Virus record (IMG/VR): IMGVR_UViG_2775507133_000001
Location: 24,278-88,277 of that record
Source: a virus
Lineage: Duplodnaviria; Caudoviricetes
Direction: 5' to 3' (one strand)
DNA length: 64,000 bases
This document shows, piece after piece, positions 54,797 to 64,000 of this stretch; the stretch's first letter is position 1; each line of letters begins with the position of its first letter. Below the pieces are notes generated by a model. The model made no database searches. It saw nothing but the letters and a program-made list of their open reading frames with translations, and was not told where the DNA came from. Made by a program: the position numbers and the translations under genes.

Positions 54797-55133
54797 GGCC
54801 GGCCTCCCTCCGGAGGGCGTTGAGGCGACGCGCGGTCTCGCGGCGGCGGCGCCGCTGCTCACGCCGCCGCATCAACTGCCGTTCCTTGGCGTCCAAGCCG
54901 CCCCACACGCCGTACTGCTCCGGGCCCGACATCGCGGCGTTCAGGCACGCCTCGATCACCGGGCAGCCGACGCAGATGCGTTTGGCCTCCTTGACGAGCA
55001 GCACGGCCACGCCCGTCGGGAAGTCCTCCGGGAAGAACACGGTGATGTCCTCCGCGTCCCGGCACGCGCCCTGGTCGGACCAGTGCGGGGCGCGCGGCAG
55101 CGTCTTGGGTGCGTAGCGGCTTGGACGGTGCAT
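54765..55133 (-). CDS. whiB: WhiB family transcription factor
   Basis: W...GAC...FFP...AK.IC.GCPV...CL..A...YGVWGG. Confidence 0.92.
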   Translation of the reverse strand: MHRPSRYAPKTLPRAPHWSDQGACRDAEDITVFFPEDFPTGVAVLLVKEAKRICVGCPVIEACLNAAMSGPEQYGVWGGLDAKERQLMRRREQRRRRRETARRLNALRREAGHAASEVAGVG

Positions 55134-55375
55134 CAGCGGTCCGTCTCCCCGCCCGGGTACGCGACCCGCTGGAAGACGATCGTGTCCTCGTCGGCCACGA
55201 CCGGCGGGGCGGCCTGGGCCGGTTCGGGCACGCCGGCCGGACCGGTGGCGCGGTGGCGGCCCGTCGCCCGCAGCCGCCACCACAGCCACGCCGACGCCAG
55301 CGGCGAGGCCACGAGCAGCCACCACCAGGCGATGTTCTCGGCGATCCAGATCAGGACGTCCAGCAGCAGGTTCAC
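55133..55375 (-). CDS. Small membrane protein
   Basis: GGAGG RBS; TM helix followed by GRHR. Confidence 0.55.
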   Translation of the reverse strand: MNLLLDVLIWIAENIAWWWLLVASPLASAWLWWRLRATGRHRATGPAGVPEPAQAAPPVVADEDTIVFQRVAYPGGETDR

Positions 55376-55806
55376 GACTGGGCCTCCCGCATCGCACGGT
55401 CGACCTGGTGCGCGCCCTCCACACAGCCCGGGATGTTGCAGGACCTCGACAGGTACCCGACCGGCTCGCGCCGGTAGTGCAGCCGGAACGCCACCCGGTA
55501 CGCGGTGTCGATGCGCCTCAGGTAGCGGACGACCGGCGTGCCGTTGGCCTCGCGGGTCCCCGTCCACCGGCGGTGCCCGCCCTCGACCGGCTCGGACTGC
55601 CGCTCGAACGCCTCCCGCACCGACCGGTACAGCGGCCGCCGGCCCCGCACGTACGGGGGCAGCCCGATCTGCCTGCGGACGCGGGCAACGCGGGACTCGT
55701 CCCGGATGCCGAGCTGCCGGGCAACCGCCCGGTTCGACACGTCGTCGGCGGCGAGCAGCGCCCGCATGATCCGCTCGTCGCTGACCTCGACCAGCGCCTG
55801 CCTCAT
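55372..55806 (-). CDS. HTH plus degenerate HNH-like protein
   Basis: SNRAVARQLGI; H..WTG...G.P...AYRVAF...C..PGCV...H. Confidence 0.65.
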   Translation of the reverse strand: MRQALVEVSDERIMRALLAADDVSNRAVARQLGIRDESRVARVRRQIGLPPYVRGRRPLYRSVREAFERQSEPVEGGHRRWTGTREANGTPVVRYLRRIDTAYRVAFRLHYRREPVGYLSRSCNIPGCVEGAHQVDRAMREAQS

Positions 55807-56336
55807 GACTTCACCTCCGGCCAGGGAACCTTGCTGAGGGCCGCCCGCTGGGCGGCAGGCATCGAGAACTCAGGGCAGCCGAGCTGGTCGAGACCGGCGT
55901 GCCGAAGCCACCACGCGTCGCACTCGTCGTCCGTGGCGAACTCGCGCTGGGCCCGCTTGTACGCGGCCAGCGCCATCGGCACCTTGTCGCCGGACCCCTT
56001 GCCGGTCGCGTAGCTCTTGAGGGTCGCCGGGGTGACCAGCGCGTACGGCACGCCGTTCTTCCGGAGGAGGTTGCGGACGACGCCGTGGACCATGCCGGTG
56101 AACCCGGCGCCCTTCGCGTGCGTCGGCAGGTCCTCGATGACGACCAGGTCGGGCAGCGGGCCGAGCCCGTACGCCTCGCCGCCGATGGCGAGCTGCACGG
56201 CCTCCTCGATCTGTGTCAGCCGTCCGTCGCCGTCGGTCTGCTTCGTCTTGACGGTGGTCGTCGACCCGTCCCGGTAGGCGATGCCCGTCCCCGTCAGCGA
56301 CAGATCCAGACCCACCACGGTCTTCGGCGTGCTCAT
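55803..56336 (-). CDS. RuvC-like Holliday junction resolvase
   Basis: VVGLDLSLTGTG, LVVIED, P.TLK.YATGKG...K, DDECDA. Confidence 0.85.
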   Translation of the reverse strand: MSTPKTVVGLDLSLTGTGIAYRDGSTTTVKTKQTDGDGRLTQIEEAVQLAIGGEAYGLGPLPDLVVIEDLPTHAKGAGFTGMVHGVVRNLLRKNGVPYALVTPATLKSYATGKGSGDKVPMALAAYKRAQREFATDDECDAWWLRHAGLDQLGCPEFSMPAAQRAALSKVPWPEVKS

Positions 56337-57070
56337 CGGGCACCGCCGTCCCGCAGCCACAGCGGGCGCACCGCGACGTAGTCCGGGCCGATCGGCGCGG
56401 GCACCTGAATCCGCGTGAGGACCAGGTCGTCGGGGTCCGTGACGCCGAGGTTGGCCTTCGCGTCCAGGTAGCGGCCCGGCAGGTCCTTGATGTCGAGCTG
56501 CGCCGGGGTCGCCAGGTGGTCGGCGATGACGGTCACCTCCCGCTCGAGGTGCCAGCCGATCACGACGACCTTCGCCGTGCGGGTCGGCACGTCGACGCTG
56601 TTCACGTACACGGCGGTGGTGTGGCGGGGCTCGTCGAGCGCCAGGAGGTAGCGGCGCCCGAGCAGGGTGATCCGCCACGCCTCAGCGCCACCGTCGGCGT
56701 AGCCGTCGACGTAGCCGCGGGCGCGCAGCCCGCGCAGCTCCTCGGTGGGGTCCTCGAACGATGTGCCGCCGGCCAGGGCCCGCAGCACGAACTCGGCCGG
56801 TTTGCCGAGCGGGTGCTCGGTGGCGTGCTTGACGGCGCGGATCTGCGCCAGCCGCCACGCGTGGGTGCTGCGGGTCGTCGCCGCCGAGCACGGGCACGCG
56901 GCGACGTACGGCATCATCTCCGGGTCGGCGACCAGGCCGTGGCACTGCTGGACGCTCGTCGCGCCCTTCTCGCACAAGCGGGCCGAGCAGCACGGGCAGT
57001 TGGCGCACAGCTTCGGCTGCGGCGGCTCGTACAGCGGCCCGAACGTCTCGTCACAGCTGGTGGTGGTCAT
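56333..57070 (-). CDS. Cys-rich hypothetical protein
   Basis: ORF track; CANCPCCS..LC, CPCS. Confidence 0.65.
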   Translation of the reverse strand: MTTTSCDETFGPLYEPPQPKLCANCPCCSARLCEKGATSVQQCHGLVADPEMMPYVAACPCSAATTRSTHAWRLAQIRAVKHATEHPLGKPAEFVLRALAGGTSFEDPTEELRGLRARGYVDGYADGGAEAWRITLLGRRYLLALDEPRHTTAVYVNSVDVPTRTAKVVVIGWHLEREVTVIADHLATPAQLDIKDLPGRYLDAKANLGVTDPDDLVLTRIQVPAPIGPDYVAVRPLWLRDGGAR

Positions 57071-57285
57071 GAGTCCTGTCCTGGGGTCTCGTGTCCGCAG
57101 CGGAAGCAGCGGCGGGAGCCGTCCGCGCGCATCGCGTGCGGGGTCCGGCGGTTCTCGCGCGGGCAGGTGTCGAAGTCGGCGATGTCGGCGCCCTCGATCG
57201 GGGCGGGCCGCTCCAGCGCGGGGAGCGGGGCGGGGGCCGGGCCCGCGCGCAAGGCGCGGACCCGGCTGATCAAGGCGGCCAGCAC
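57067..57285 (-). CDS. Small zinc-ribbon protein
   Basis: CPRE...H...CFRC. Confidence 0.55.
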   Translation of the reverse strand: MLAALISRVRALRAGPAPAPLPALERPAPIEGADIADFDTCPRENRRTPHAMRADGSRRCFRCGHETPGQDS

Positions 57286-57287
57286 GG

Positions 57288-58226
57288 CTACCGCCTCGTG
57301 GCCTTGTTCTTGTCGCGGTGGCGGCGCCGGGGCCTGGCCCGGCCGCGCTTGACCGGCAGGCGGGGCGGCGGGACGTCCTGCGACGCTTCCGCCGCGCGGG
57401 CGGCGGCCCGGGCCTCCGCCTCCAGCGCGAGGGCCTCGGGGGTGAGCGCAGCGAGGATCTGCGTGTGCCCCTCGTCGGCGGCCCGCTCGACCGCGACCAG
57501 GGCCCGCAGCTCAGCGGACTTCGGCAGCAGCTTCGCCGCGCGCCGGATCGCCGTCTTGAGCAGCATGTCCGGGAACCGCGTGTGCCACAGGCTGTTCTTC
57601 TGCCCGTTGGCCTCGGCCCGCTGGTACGCCTTGCTGAACTCGTCGCGGATCGCTTCGGCTTCCTCGACCGTGACGATCGCGACGTCCGACCGGGCGCCGC
57701 CGTCGAGCCACGCGAAGGTGTACGCGAACAGCGGCGTGCGGTCCTTCGGCGAGCCCAGCTTCGGCCGGTGCGTGAAGTCCTGGCCGACCGGCGCGGTGGG
57801 CACGTAGTCCCACTCGTCGCCGTCGTACACGACCTTCGCGACGATCGACTTGACCATGCCCGACCGCCACATCAGCTCGATGTAGCCGTGGTACGTGGCC
57901 AGGAAAGTGGCGATCCCGTCGTCCGCCGTGATGACGGCCTCTTCACCGTCGGGCAGCAACCCAAATCGGGCGGCCGTGATGACGGCCTGTCGGACGCTCG
58001 CCGGCGTGCACTTCCGCAGGCCCGGCAGGACCGGCCGCAGGACCGCCAGGAACCGGTCGACGCTCACGTGCGCGGGCAGCGCGGCCGCGATGTCCGCGCG
58101 GAACTGCTCGGCGTCGTGGTCGCGGCCCGCCGGGGTGTCCTCGTCGGCCTGCCCGGGCGGGATGCCGTCGCTGCTGGCGGCGGCCGCGCGCTGCTGCACG
58201 CGCTCCTTCAACGTGGTCAGGCTCAT
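57288..58226 (-). CDS. recT: RecT family recombinase
   Basis: ALPAH...RFL, CTPASV..A...A.FGL.P, Y.GYIEL..RSG, W...F..M..KTAIRR..K.LPKS. Confidence 0.9.
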   Translation of the reverse strand: MSLTTLKERVQQRAAAASSDGIPPGQADEDTPAGRDHDAEQFRADIAAALPAHVSVDRFLAVLRPVLPGLRKCTPASVRQAVITAARFGLLPDGEEAVITADDGIATFLATYHGYIELMWRSGMVKSIVAKVVYDGDEWDYVPTAPVGQDFTHRPKLGSPKDRTPLFAYTFAWLDGGARSDVAIVTVEEAEAIRDEFSKAYQRAEANGQKNSLWHTRFPDMLLKTAIRRAAKLLPKSAELRALVAVERAADEGHTQILAALTPEALALEAEARAAARAAEASQDVPPPRLPVKRGRARPRRRHRDKNKATRR

Positions 58227-59326
58227 CGCAGCCCCGCCTTCGGGACGCGCAGCACCCGGCCGCGGCACGCCTCGTACACCTTGGGGTACTTCTCCTTGAG
58301 CAGCGCCACGTCGACCTGCTCGACGGTCTTGCGGCACTCGGCCGCGACCTTCGGGTACTCCTTCTGGAGCTTCTTCGCGGACACGTTGCCGTCCGGCGCG
58401 TACGACCACGCCTTCTTGCCGTCGACCTGCGCGACGGCGGCCTTGCCGCCGCAGATCAGCCGCATCTCGTTCTCGACCGCGGTCTTCTGCCCGTCCAGCT
58501 CCTCGATCTGCTCGATGAGCCGCTTGCGCCGCGCGAGGAGCTTCTCCGCCTTGACGCGGGACACCTCGATCACGTCGCCGGGCTTGACCTTCCACAGCTG
58601 GCCGAGGAGTTCCGTCGTCGCCTCCAGCCCGTCCGCCTGCGGCGGGCGGCCCTCGATGACGTGCCGCTGGAACCACGTCCCGCACACGTCGATGAGGGTC
58701 TGGATCAGCTCCTCGTCCCGTTCGATGCGGTGGAAGCGCAGCGTGTTTCCGCCGACGAGGGCGACGGCCCAGCCGTACGGCCAGCCGCCGACCGCCATGT
58801 TCCAGTGCACCTGGAGGGCGGGCGCGTCGGGCACCCCGTCCTTCCAGTCGTCGAGCTGGTAGGCGGAGCGGTTTTTCAACTCGACCGGGGCGACGACGGT
58901 GCCGGTGTCCGGGTCGAGCGCGTACCTGTCCACGTTCGACCGCATCCATGGCCGGTCGACGTGCGCCAGCGTTCCCGGCGTTGGCACGGCCGGGATGCCG
59001 GTCTTCTTGGTGAAGAGGTGGGAGATGAAGTCCTCGATCTCCAGGCCGATCTCGGCATACTCCGCGACCTGGTCGTCGAGCGGGACGGGCCGGCCGTGCT
59101 TCTCCTCGAAGACATGGCGCGGGCCCGCGTACTTGTTGAGGCCGAGGATCTTCGCGACGTCGGAACCGCCGATGCCGGTCCGCCGGACCTTCTCCCAGCG
59201 GCGCCGGAAGTCGGGGTCGTCGAGGTCACCGGCGGGCAGCAGCAGCCGCGCGGTCGGTGCCCCGTACGCGAGATCACCGCAAGGTGCCTCGGGTGGAGTC
59301 CACGTGTGGGTAGCCTGTTCAGGCAA
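58223..59326 (-). CDS. YqaJ-like (lambda Exo family) exonuclease
   Basis: RRTGIGGSDVA.ILG..KY, G..IE, H...PWM..NVD, VELK, QVHWNMAV.G. Confidence 0.9.
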   Translation of the reverse strand: MPEQATHTWTPPEAPCGDLAYGAPTARLLLPAGDLDDPDFRRRWEKVRRTGIGGSDVAKILGLNKYAGPRHVFEEKHGRPVPLDDQVAEYAEIGLEIEDFISHLFTKKTGIPAVPTPGTLAHVDRPWMRSNVDRYALDPDTGTVVAPVELKNRSAYQLDDWKDGVPDAPALQVHWNMAVGGWPYGWAVALVGGNTLRFHRIERDEELIQTLIDVCGTWFQRHVIEGRPPQADGLEATTELLGQLWKVKPGDVIEVSRVKAEKLLARRKRLIEQIEELDGQKTAVENEMRLICGGKAAVAQVDGKKAWSYAPDGNVSAKKLQKEYPKVAAECRKTVEQVDVALLKEKYPKVYEACRGRVLRVPKAGLR

Positions 59327-59400
59327 CGTTCCTTCTCTCGGGTCGTTGTGTGCGGACTCGGGGGCGCGGGCTGTCGCGTAGCTCGCGGCCCCGATCGCCG

Positions 59401-59715
59401 TCAGCCGACGGCACTTCTCCGCCTGGTGGCGGAAGGCTTGATCGCTGCGAGGGCCGCGACGGGCGCCTGCTGCGTGACCGGCTCGCGGCCGGGCAGGACG
59501 TCGTCGGGCAGCTCGGGCAGGACGCTGAACAACCCCTGAATGAGCCTCAGCTCGCAGTCGCAGAAGGCGACCGAGCGGCCCAGCTTCTGGTGCGGGAGCG
59601 TGGCGAGGTTGTCCTCCAGGAACCGCACCCGGCACTTGAGCTTCTCCGCAGCCTGTTCCAGGTCCCAGTTCCGGACCTCGGTGCATACGCAGTAGTCGCG
59701 CCGGGTGAACCTCAT
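59401..59715 (-). CDS. Excisionase-like HTH protein
   Basis: WDLEQAAEKL...LPHQKLGRSVAF; ATGA overlap with the cro-like gene. Confidence 0.6.
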   Translation of the reverse strand: MRFTRRDYCVCTEVRNWDLEQAAEKLKCRVRFLEDNLATLPHQKLGRSVAFCDCELRLIQGLFSVLPELPDDVLPGREPVTQQAPVAALAAIKPSATRRRSAVG

Positions 59716-60029
59716 GACGCCTGCCGCTCCTTGATGACCGGCTGCGCCTCGGGTACCGGCGGCTCGTCGTCGAGCTGGGTGACGCCGGCCGACGGCTGGA
59801 GGTCGGCGACCGAGCAGCCCAACACGCGGGCCATCGAGCGGAGCCGCTCCGGGGTCGCGTTGCGGCGGCCCGCCTCGATGTCGCACAGCAGGGACACCGA
59901 GATCCCGACCGCCTCGGCCAGCGCCTTCTGCGTGAGGCCTGCGTTCTCGCGGGCGTCCGTGACGGCCTTCGGAGAGTGGTGAAAGGGAGCGCCGTTGCGG
60001 CGCCTGAGTCGGGGTGGGTGTTTGATCAT
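59712..60029 (-). CDS. Cro-like XRE regulator
   Basis: ARENAGLTQKALAEAVGISVSLLCDIEAGRRN. Confidence 0.9.
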   Translation of the reverse strand: MIKHPPRLRRRNGAPFHHSPKAVTDARENAGLTQKALAEAVGISVSLLCDIEAGRRNATPERLRSMARVLGCSVADLQPSAGVTQLDDEPPVPEAQPVIKERQAS

Positions 60030-60160
60030 GCGAACACCCTATGCGAAGGTTCGCGAAGTGTTGCGAAGTTACTCGCAATTGTGGCGCCGATCACACGCCG
60101 ACACATAGTGCGCGCTACGTATGCGGACCGTGTAGCGAATTACTGCGTAGTTATGCGAAC
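60028..60160. promoter_or_regulatory. Immunity switch: divergent promoters and operators with GCGAA repeats
   Basis: GCGAA at 60030, 60043, 60053, 60063, 60135 and 60155; inverted repeat ttgcga-N6-tcgcaa. Confidence 0.65.
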
Positions 60161-60169
60161 CTCTTGAGC

Positions 60170-60667
60170 ATGGACGCGAACCCCCCCAATCCCCCGCCGG
60201 AGGCGGTGCTGCTCCAGCAGGCCGCCAGGCGGGCCCGGCTGTCGGCCCGCCAGGCAGCCAAGCGCGCGAGTATGTCCGACGCCCGCTGGCGGCACATCGT
60301 CAACGGCTACGAATCTGTCGGCCGGGGCATGAAGATCCCGGTCACCGCCCCGGCCGAGACCCTCGCCCGCATGGCCCAGGCTGTCGGCGTGACTTCGCAG
60401 CAGCTGGACGAAGCTGGGCGCCCAGACGCAGCCGAAATCCTCAACGAGCTGGCCCCGCCACCGCCCTCAAGCGACTCAGCAACGCACGCGGATGCGGGCG
60501 CCGGCGGCCCATACGGGAACGACCCCCATTTGGACGCGATCACCGCACTGCTGGCATCACTGCCGCCCGAGGCTCAGGACGAGGTGCTGCGCCGCCTCGG
60601 CCGAACGCACCCGTCTGCACACCCTGAGCACGCAGAACCCGCGCCCGAGCAACGCCGCACCGGGTAA
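60170..60667 (+). CDS. Immunity repressor (XRE-like)
   Basis: LSARQAAKRASMSDARWRHIVNGY...TLARMAQAVGVT..QL..AGR; divergent from the cro-like gene. Confidence 0.8.
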   Translation: MDANPPNPPPEAVLLQQAARRARLSARQAAKRASMSDARWRHIVNGYESVGRGMKIPVTAPAETLARMAQAVGVTSQQLDEAGRPDAAEILNELAPPPPSSDSATHADAGAGGPYGNDPHLDAITALLASLPPEAQDEVLRRLGRTHPSAHPEHAEPAPEQRRTG

Positions 60668-60758
60668 AACGTCACACTTCGATCACGAACGCACACGCGC
60701 GGCTTGAAAGTTGCATGTGCGTTACATAACCCCTCCATGGCATATGCAGGGGGTTTAT

Positions 60759-61544
60759 GTGACTGACGTGATACTCGCAGGAGTACTCGGGGCGGTTGTC
60801 CTCGCAGTGATCTTGCTCTACAGGGAACACCGCTCGAACGCGGAGCTGATCAACCAGCTCCGCGCCGAGATCACCGCATCGAAGATCGCAGCACTTCAGG
60901 CCGGACTGCAGACGCCCATCCAGCCGCCCACCGAAAAACCCGAGCCCGTCCGTCGGAAACGACACTTGGCGCTCTACATCGGCGGGGGCGTCGCCGCCAT
61001 CCTCAGCTCAATCGGCACGTGGGTACGCGACTTATGGACGCACCACCGCCGCGCCCTGATCACAGGTACCGCGATCGCCGTCGCCACGACCTCCTCCGCC
61101 CTCGTGTACACGATGACGTCCGACAGCCCTGAGCCGGCCGACGCCCGTCCGCCCGCCGTCACCCGGCCGTCATCAACCGCCGCATCGCCAGCGCCCACCG
61201 CGTCCGGCCAGGACCGCCCGAGCCGTGGCAAGAGCAGCACTTCGACGCCTGCCAGCGCCAGGTCGGTAGCACCGACGGCGTCGATCCTGAGCGGCGACAC
61301 GACCACTTTCAGGGAGTCCTCTGTCCCTCTCGGCAAGCCCAGCTCCGCCGCTAGGCCCTCGGCCAGCTCAGCTGGGGCCACGGCAGCACCTACCGGCAGC
61401 GAACAGCCGCTCCCGGAGAAGCCCAGCCCGTCGCCCTCCGCGCCATCCAACCCGCCCTCTCAGTCCGGCGGCGGAGGACATCCACCCGCCAGCGGCGAGT
61501 GCCTACTCCGCATCGAACTGCCGATTCTCCACCTTTGCGTCTGA
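60759..61544 (+). CDS. Membrane protein with Ser/Pro-rich extracellular tail
   Basis: TM helices; RRKRHL.LY.GG; terminal CL..LP...C; TTA codon at 61032. Confidence 0.65.
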   Translation: MTDVILAGVLGAVVLAVILLYREHRSNAELINQLRAEITASKIAALQAGLQTPIQPPTEKPEPVRRKRHLALYIGGGVAAILSSIGTWVRDLWTHHRRALITGTAIAVATTSSALVYTMTSDSPEPADARPPAVTRPSSTAASPAPTASGQDRPSRGKSSTSTPASARSVAPTASILSGDTTTFRESSVPLGKPSSAARPSASSAGATAAPTGSEQPLPEKPSPSPSAPSNPPSQSGGGGHPPASGECLLRIELPILHLCV

Positions 61545-61773
61545 ACCGGCTCGCCCGGTCGTGGCTGGAATTGACCTCACGCTCTCCGCAACAGGCAGCT
61601 TGCCCGTCACGCCGGGCCCTCGGAGCGCCCTATTCGCCCCAAAGGCCTCACCTGAAGCTCTGAGTTTCGGCCATGGCGCCGCCACGAATGAGCCTGTTGA
61701 TCCATAAATATGAGTTGCACGCCTCCGGATTGCATCGTTGAAAATGGTTCGATCCGAAACTAAGGGGGCTAAC

Positions 61774-62148
61774 GTGATTCAGCATGTCTTGTCGGGGATA
61801 GTGGGAGCTCTGATACTCGCCGAAATCCTTTTGTACCTGGGCTGGCGAAGGCACAGGCAGCTGATCATCCAGCTCCAGGCCGAGATGGCAGCGCAACGGC
61901 TCATAGGACTCGGCTCAGCTGACGCGGCTAATACCGCCGCTCAGCCGCAACGCGAGCAACCCCCCGGGCGGCGGCTCAGACTGCACGACTCGGGGGCTCG
62001 CGCCACGTCACCGGCCGCCAGCACACCGCGGCTCCCGCCTCCCGCGCAGGCGCCGCCCCCGGCATCCGGTCAAGACCACGCCGGTACCGATCACGCCGAC
62101 GGCGGCTGCACGCCGATCAGGCGGGGATCCCTCACCCTGCTGGAGTAG
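61774..62148 (+). CDS. Shorter paralog of the preceding membrane protein
   Basis: N-terminal TM + QLIIQLQAEMAAQRL aligns with ELINQLRAEITASKI. Confidence 0.55.
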   Translation: MIQHVLSGIVGALILAEILLYLGWRRHRQLIIQLQAEMAAQRLIGLGSADAANTAAQPQREQPPGRRLRLHDSGARATSPAASTPRLPPPAQAPPPASGQDHAGTDHADGGCTPIRRGSLTLLE

Positions 62149-62197
62149 CCAACTAGGCTTTTCCGCTGGCGGGTTACTTGCCACCCCCCACGCTCAA

Positions 62198-64000
62198 CTA
62201 CATCGCGGACTGGCGCGGCAGTGTCGCCCGGTCCGGATGCAGCGAGCAGATCCGCAGCGCATTCGCGCGCGCCGAGGCATAGGCCGCGCGCACGGCCTCC
62301 GCATCCGGGCCCCACGCCCGCGCCTCCGTCTCAGCCGCGGGCCCTCGCAGCCACTGCGCCGACGAGTGCGCTGGCTCCTGTGTGTACGACTCCTCGAAGT
62401 CCCACGCCCAGCCGCCGCGCACCTCGTGGACGCCCGGGTCGGTCACGGTCTCCGACCCGTCCGCCGCGTACAGTGCCGGACCGGCCTGCCAGATGTACGC
62501 GCGGGCCGGCAGCTCGCTGCGCACCCGCCGCAGCCCGTTGTCGGCGCCCGTCTGCCCGCCGGTCGTGCGTATCCACCAGTCCGTCGTCATCCGCTCGACG
62601 TGCACCGCGCCTCCGCGCTCCCTCGCCCAGCGCTCCGCCAGCTCCTCCGCGTGCCCCGCGTCCCAGAAGCCGAGCATGTTCCCACCGACATGCGCCACGT
62701 ATAGCGTGCGGCCCGGGTCGCGCACCGGCACGTGCTCCAGGACCTCGTCCCGCACTCCGCCACCGCCGCCGAGGCCGAGCGCTTGGTCGATCGTGAGGAG
62801 CGCCTCCTCGTGCGCGCCTCGCAGCAGGTGCCCGTACGTGTCACTCGTCGTCTTGATCGACTCATGGCCCAAGCGCCGCTGCACGAGGGTCAGCGGGTGC
62901 CCGGCCGAGATCAGCGCGGCCGCGTGGCTGTGCCGCAAGTCATGGAACGTCGGCTGCTTCCACTCGGGCAGCAGTCCCTCCGTCTTCGCTTTCTCCACGG
63001 CCCGTATCCACTTCTCGTAGAACGTCGAGTAGACCAGCCGCCCGCCGGTCGGCCCCTGAAAGAGCAGGTCATCGTCAGCCATCGACGTGAGGCCCAGGTC
63101 GAACAGCTCATTCCACACGCTCTCGCTGATCTCAACCGTGCGCCGGCCCGCCCTCGTCTTCGGCGGCCCCAGGTAGAAGCCCTCGCCCTTCTTGCCCTTC
63201 TTCCAGGCGCGGGCAACGCGCAGCTCGTACTGGCCGGGCTTGCCGCAGCGAGCGTGCCTGCGGGCCAGCGCGGTGACCTCGCCCCAGCGCATCCCCGTCG
63301 CATAGGTCAGCCGCACGAAGATCCGGTCCTGCGGCTGGGTCAGCTTCGACACGATCCCGGCAACCTCGTCGGGTTCCAGGAACTCGATGTCCTCACCGTC
63401 GTCGTCGTCGATCCCGTCATCGTCGGTGCGGGGCAGAGCCGTCAGTTCACACGGGTTGCGCTGGCGCAGCGGGGGCTCCGCCTGCACCGCGTCCCGGAGG
63501 ATCGACGACAGCAGGCCGTGCAGGTTCTTCAACGTCTTCGGCGACATCGGCTTGTGCTTCGAGCCGCGCCACACCTTCGTGCCCGCCATCTGGAGCACCC
63601 ATGCCGACACGGTCGCCTTGGAGAAGTGCTCGGGCGAGCGGACGTCGCAGTGGCCGAACGTCGGCAGGATGTACGTCTCCAACTCTCGAAGACAGTCGGC
63701 CTTGTACTTGTCGCTGGCCCCAGTGCGCAGCTCGATGGACTGCCGCGCGTAGTTGTCGAACCGGTAGCGCAACTCTTCCTCGCCGACGGCCGCCTCGTCG
63801 ACGTAGCCCTTGCCCTTGATCCACCCGGCCGGCCAGTGCTGTCCAGCCTCGTCGACGGCCTGCTTGAAGACCTCAGCGGACACTGGGTCGTCGAACCGTT
63901 CGGTCTGCCAGGCTCCCTTGGCGGCGCCGCCGAGGCGCCACTTCACCTGGTAGCTGGTGACCTCACCGGCCTTGTTTCTGCGCTCAACAACGCTCGCCAT
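62198..64000 (-). CDS. int: Tyrosine integrase with ~190-aa C-terminal extension
   Basis: TGMRWGE, PKT, HDLRH, RLGH, DTYGH catalytic set. Confidence 0.93.
   Translation of the reverse strand: MASVVERRNKAGEVTSYQVKWRLGGAAKGAWQTERFDDPVSAEVFKQAVDEAGQHWPAGWIKGKGYVDEAAVGEEELRYRFDNYARQSIELRTGASDKYKADCLRELETYILPTFGHCDVRSPEHFSKATVSAWVLQMAGTKVWRGSKHKPMSPKTLKNLHGLLSSILRDAVQAEPPLRQRNPCELTALPRTDDDGIDDDDGEDIEFLEPDEVAGIVSKLTQPQDRIFVRLTYATGMRWGEVTALARRHARCGKPGQYELRVARAWKKGKKGEGFYLGPPKTRAGRRTVEISESVWNELFDLGLTSMADDDLLFQGPTGGRLVYSTFYEKWIRAVEKAKTEGLLPEWKQPTFHDLRHSHAAALISAGHPLTLVQRRLGHESIKTTSDTYGHLLRGAHEEALLTIDQALGLGGGGGVRDEVLEHVPVRDPGRTLYVAHVGGNMLGFWDAGHAEELAERWARERGGAVHVERMTTDWWIRTTGGQTGADNGLRRVRSELPARAYIWQAGPALYAADGSETVTDPGVHEVRGGWAWDFEESYTQEPAHSSAQWLRGPAAETEARAWGPDAEAVRAAYASARANALRICSLHPDRATLPRQSAM

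Larger units (their letters stand above)
1..64000. mobile_element. Temperate phage / prophage of a high-GC actinobacterium (both ends extend beyond the window)
   Basis: Capsid, portal, terminase, RecT/YqaJ, RuvC-like, WhiB, XRE pair and tyrosine integrase in siphovirus-like order; no host housekeeping genes seen. Confidence 0.95.

Noticed and set aside
55372-55806. Active HNH homing endonuclease
   Set aside because: The His/Asn catalytic pattern appears degenerate, so it is kept only as HNH-like.
62149-62197. Possible att site next to the integrase 3' end
   Set aside because: No duplicated core or tRNA fragment is visible; it cannot be assessed without flanking sequence.
1-64000. Diversity-generating retroelement or retron
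   Set aside because: No reverse transcriptase motif or template/variable repeat pair was seen.

Overview
High-GC actinobacterial (most likely Streptomyces) temperate phage or prophage segment, with almost all genes on the minus strand. Left to right: (1) head and packaging module (1-12 kb): major capsid, a MuF/2H-phosphoesterase/protease fusion, portal, TerL and TerS. (2) A putative DNA-hypermodification module (12.1-14.7 kb): ParB-like protein, an adenine-MTase-fold/GNAT fusion, and a 75-nt tRNA-Gly(UCC)-like gene missing from the ORF track. This RNA keeps the GlyRS identity elements but has D- and T-arm features of non-ribosomal tRNAs. (3) An accessory and anti-defence array of about 24 kb (15.9-39.7 kb): PAPS-reductase-like protein, two ComM-N-domain proteins, an intein-containing C5 MTase, two more MTase-like genes, GNAT, DUF488 and ParB. 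The array is punctuated by ten copies of a ~95-bp promoter/operator element and five hairpins sharing one loop sequence. (4) A Spd-like membrane cluster. (5) A replication and recombination module: initiator with iterons, WhiB, RuvC-like resolvase, RecT and YqaJ. (6) An immunity switch and a tyrosine integrase with a long C-terminal extension. All calls come from motifs read by eye. No database searches were run, and many start codons were re-chosen from RBS and overlap context.
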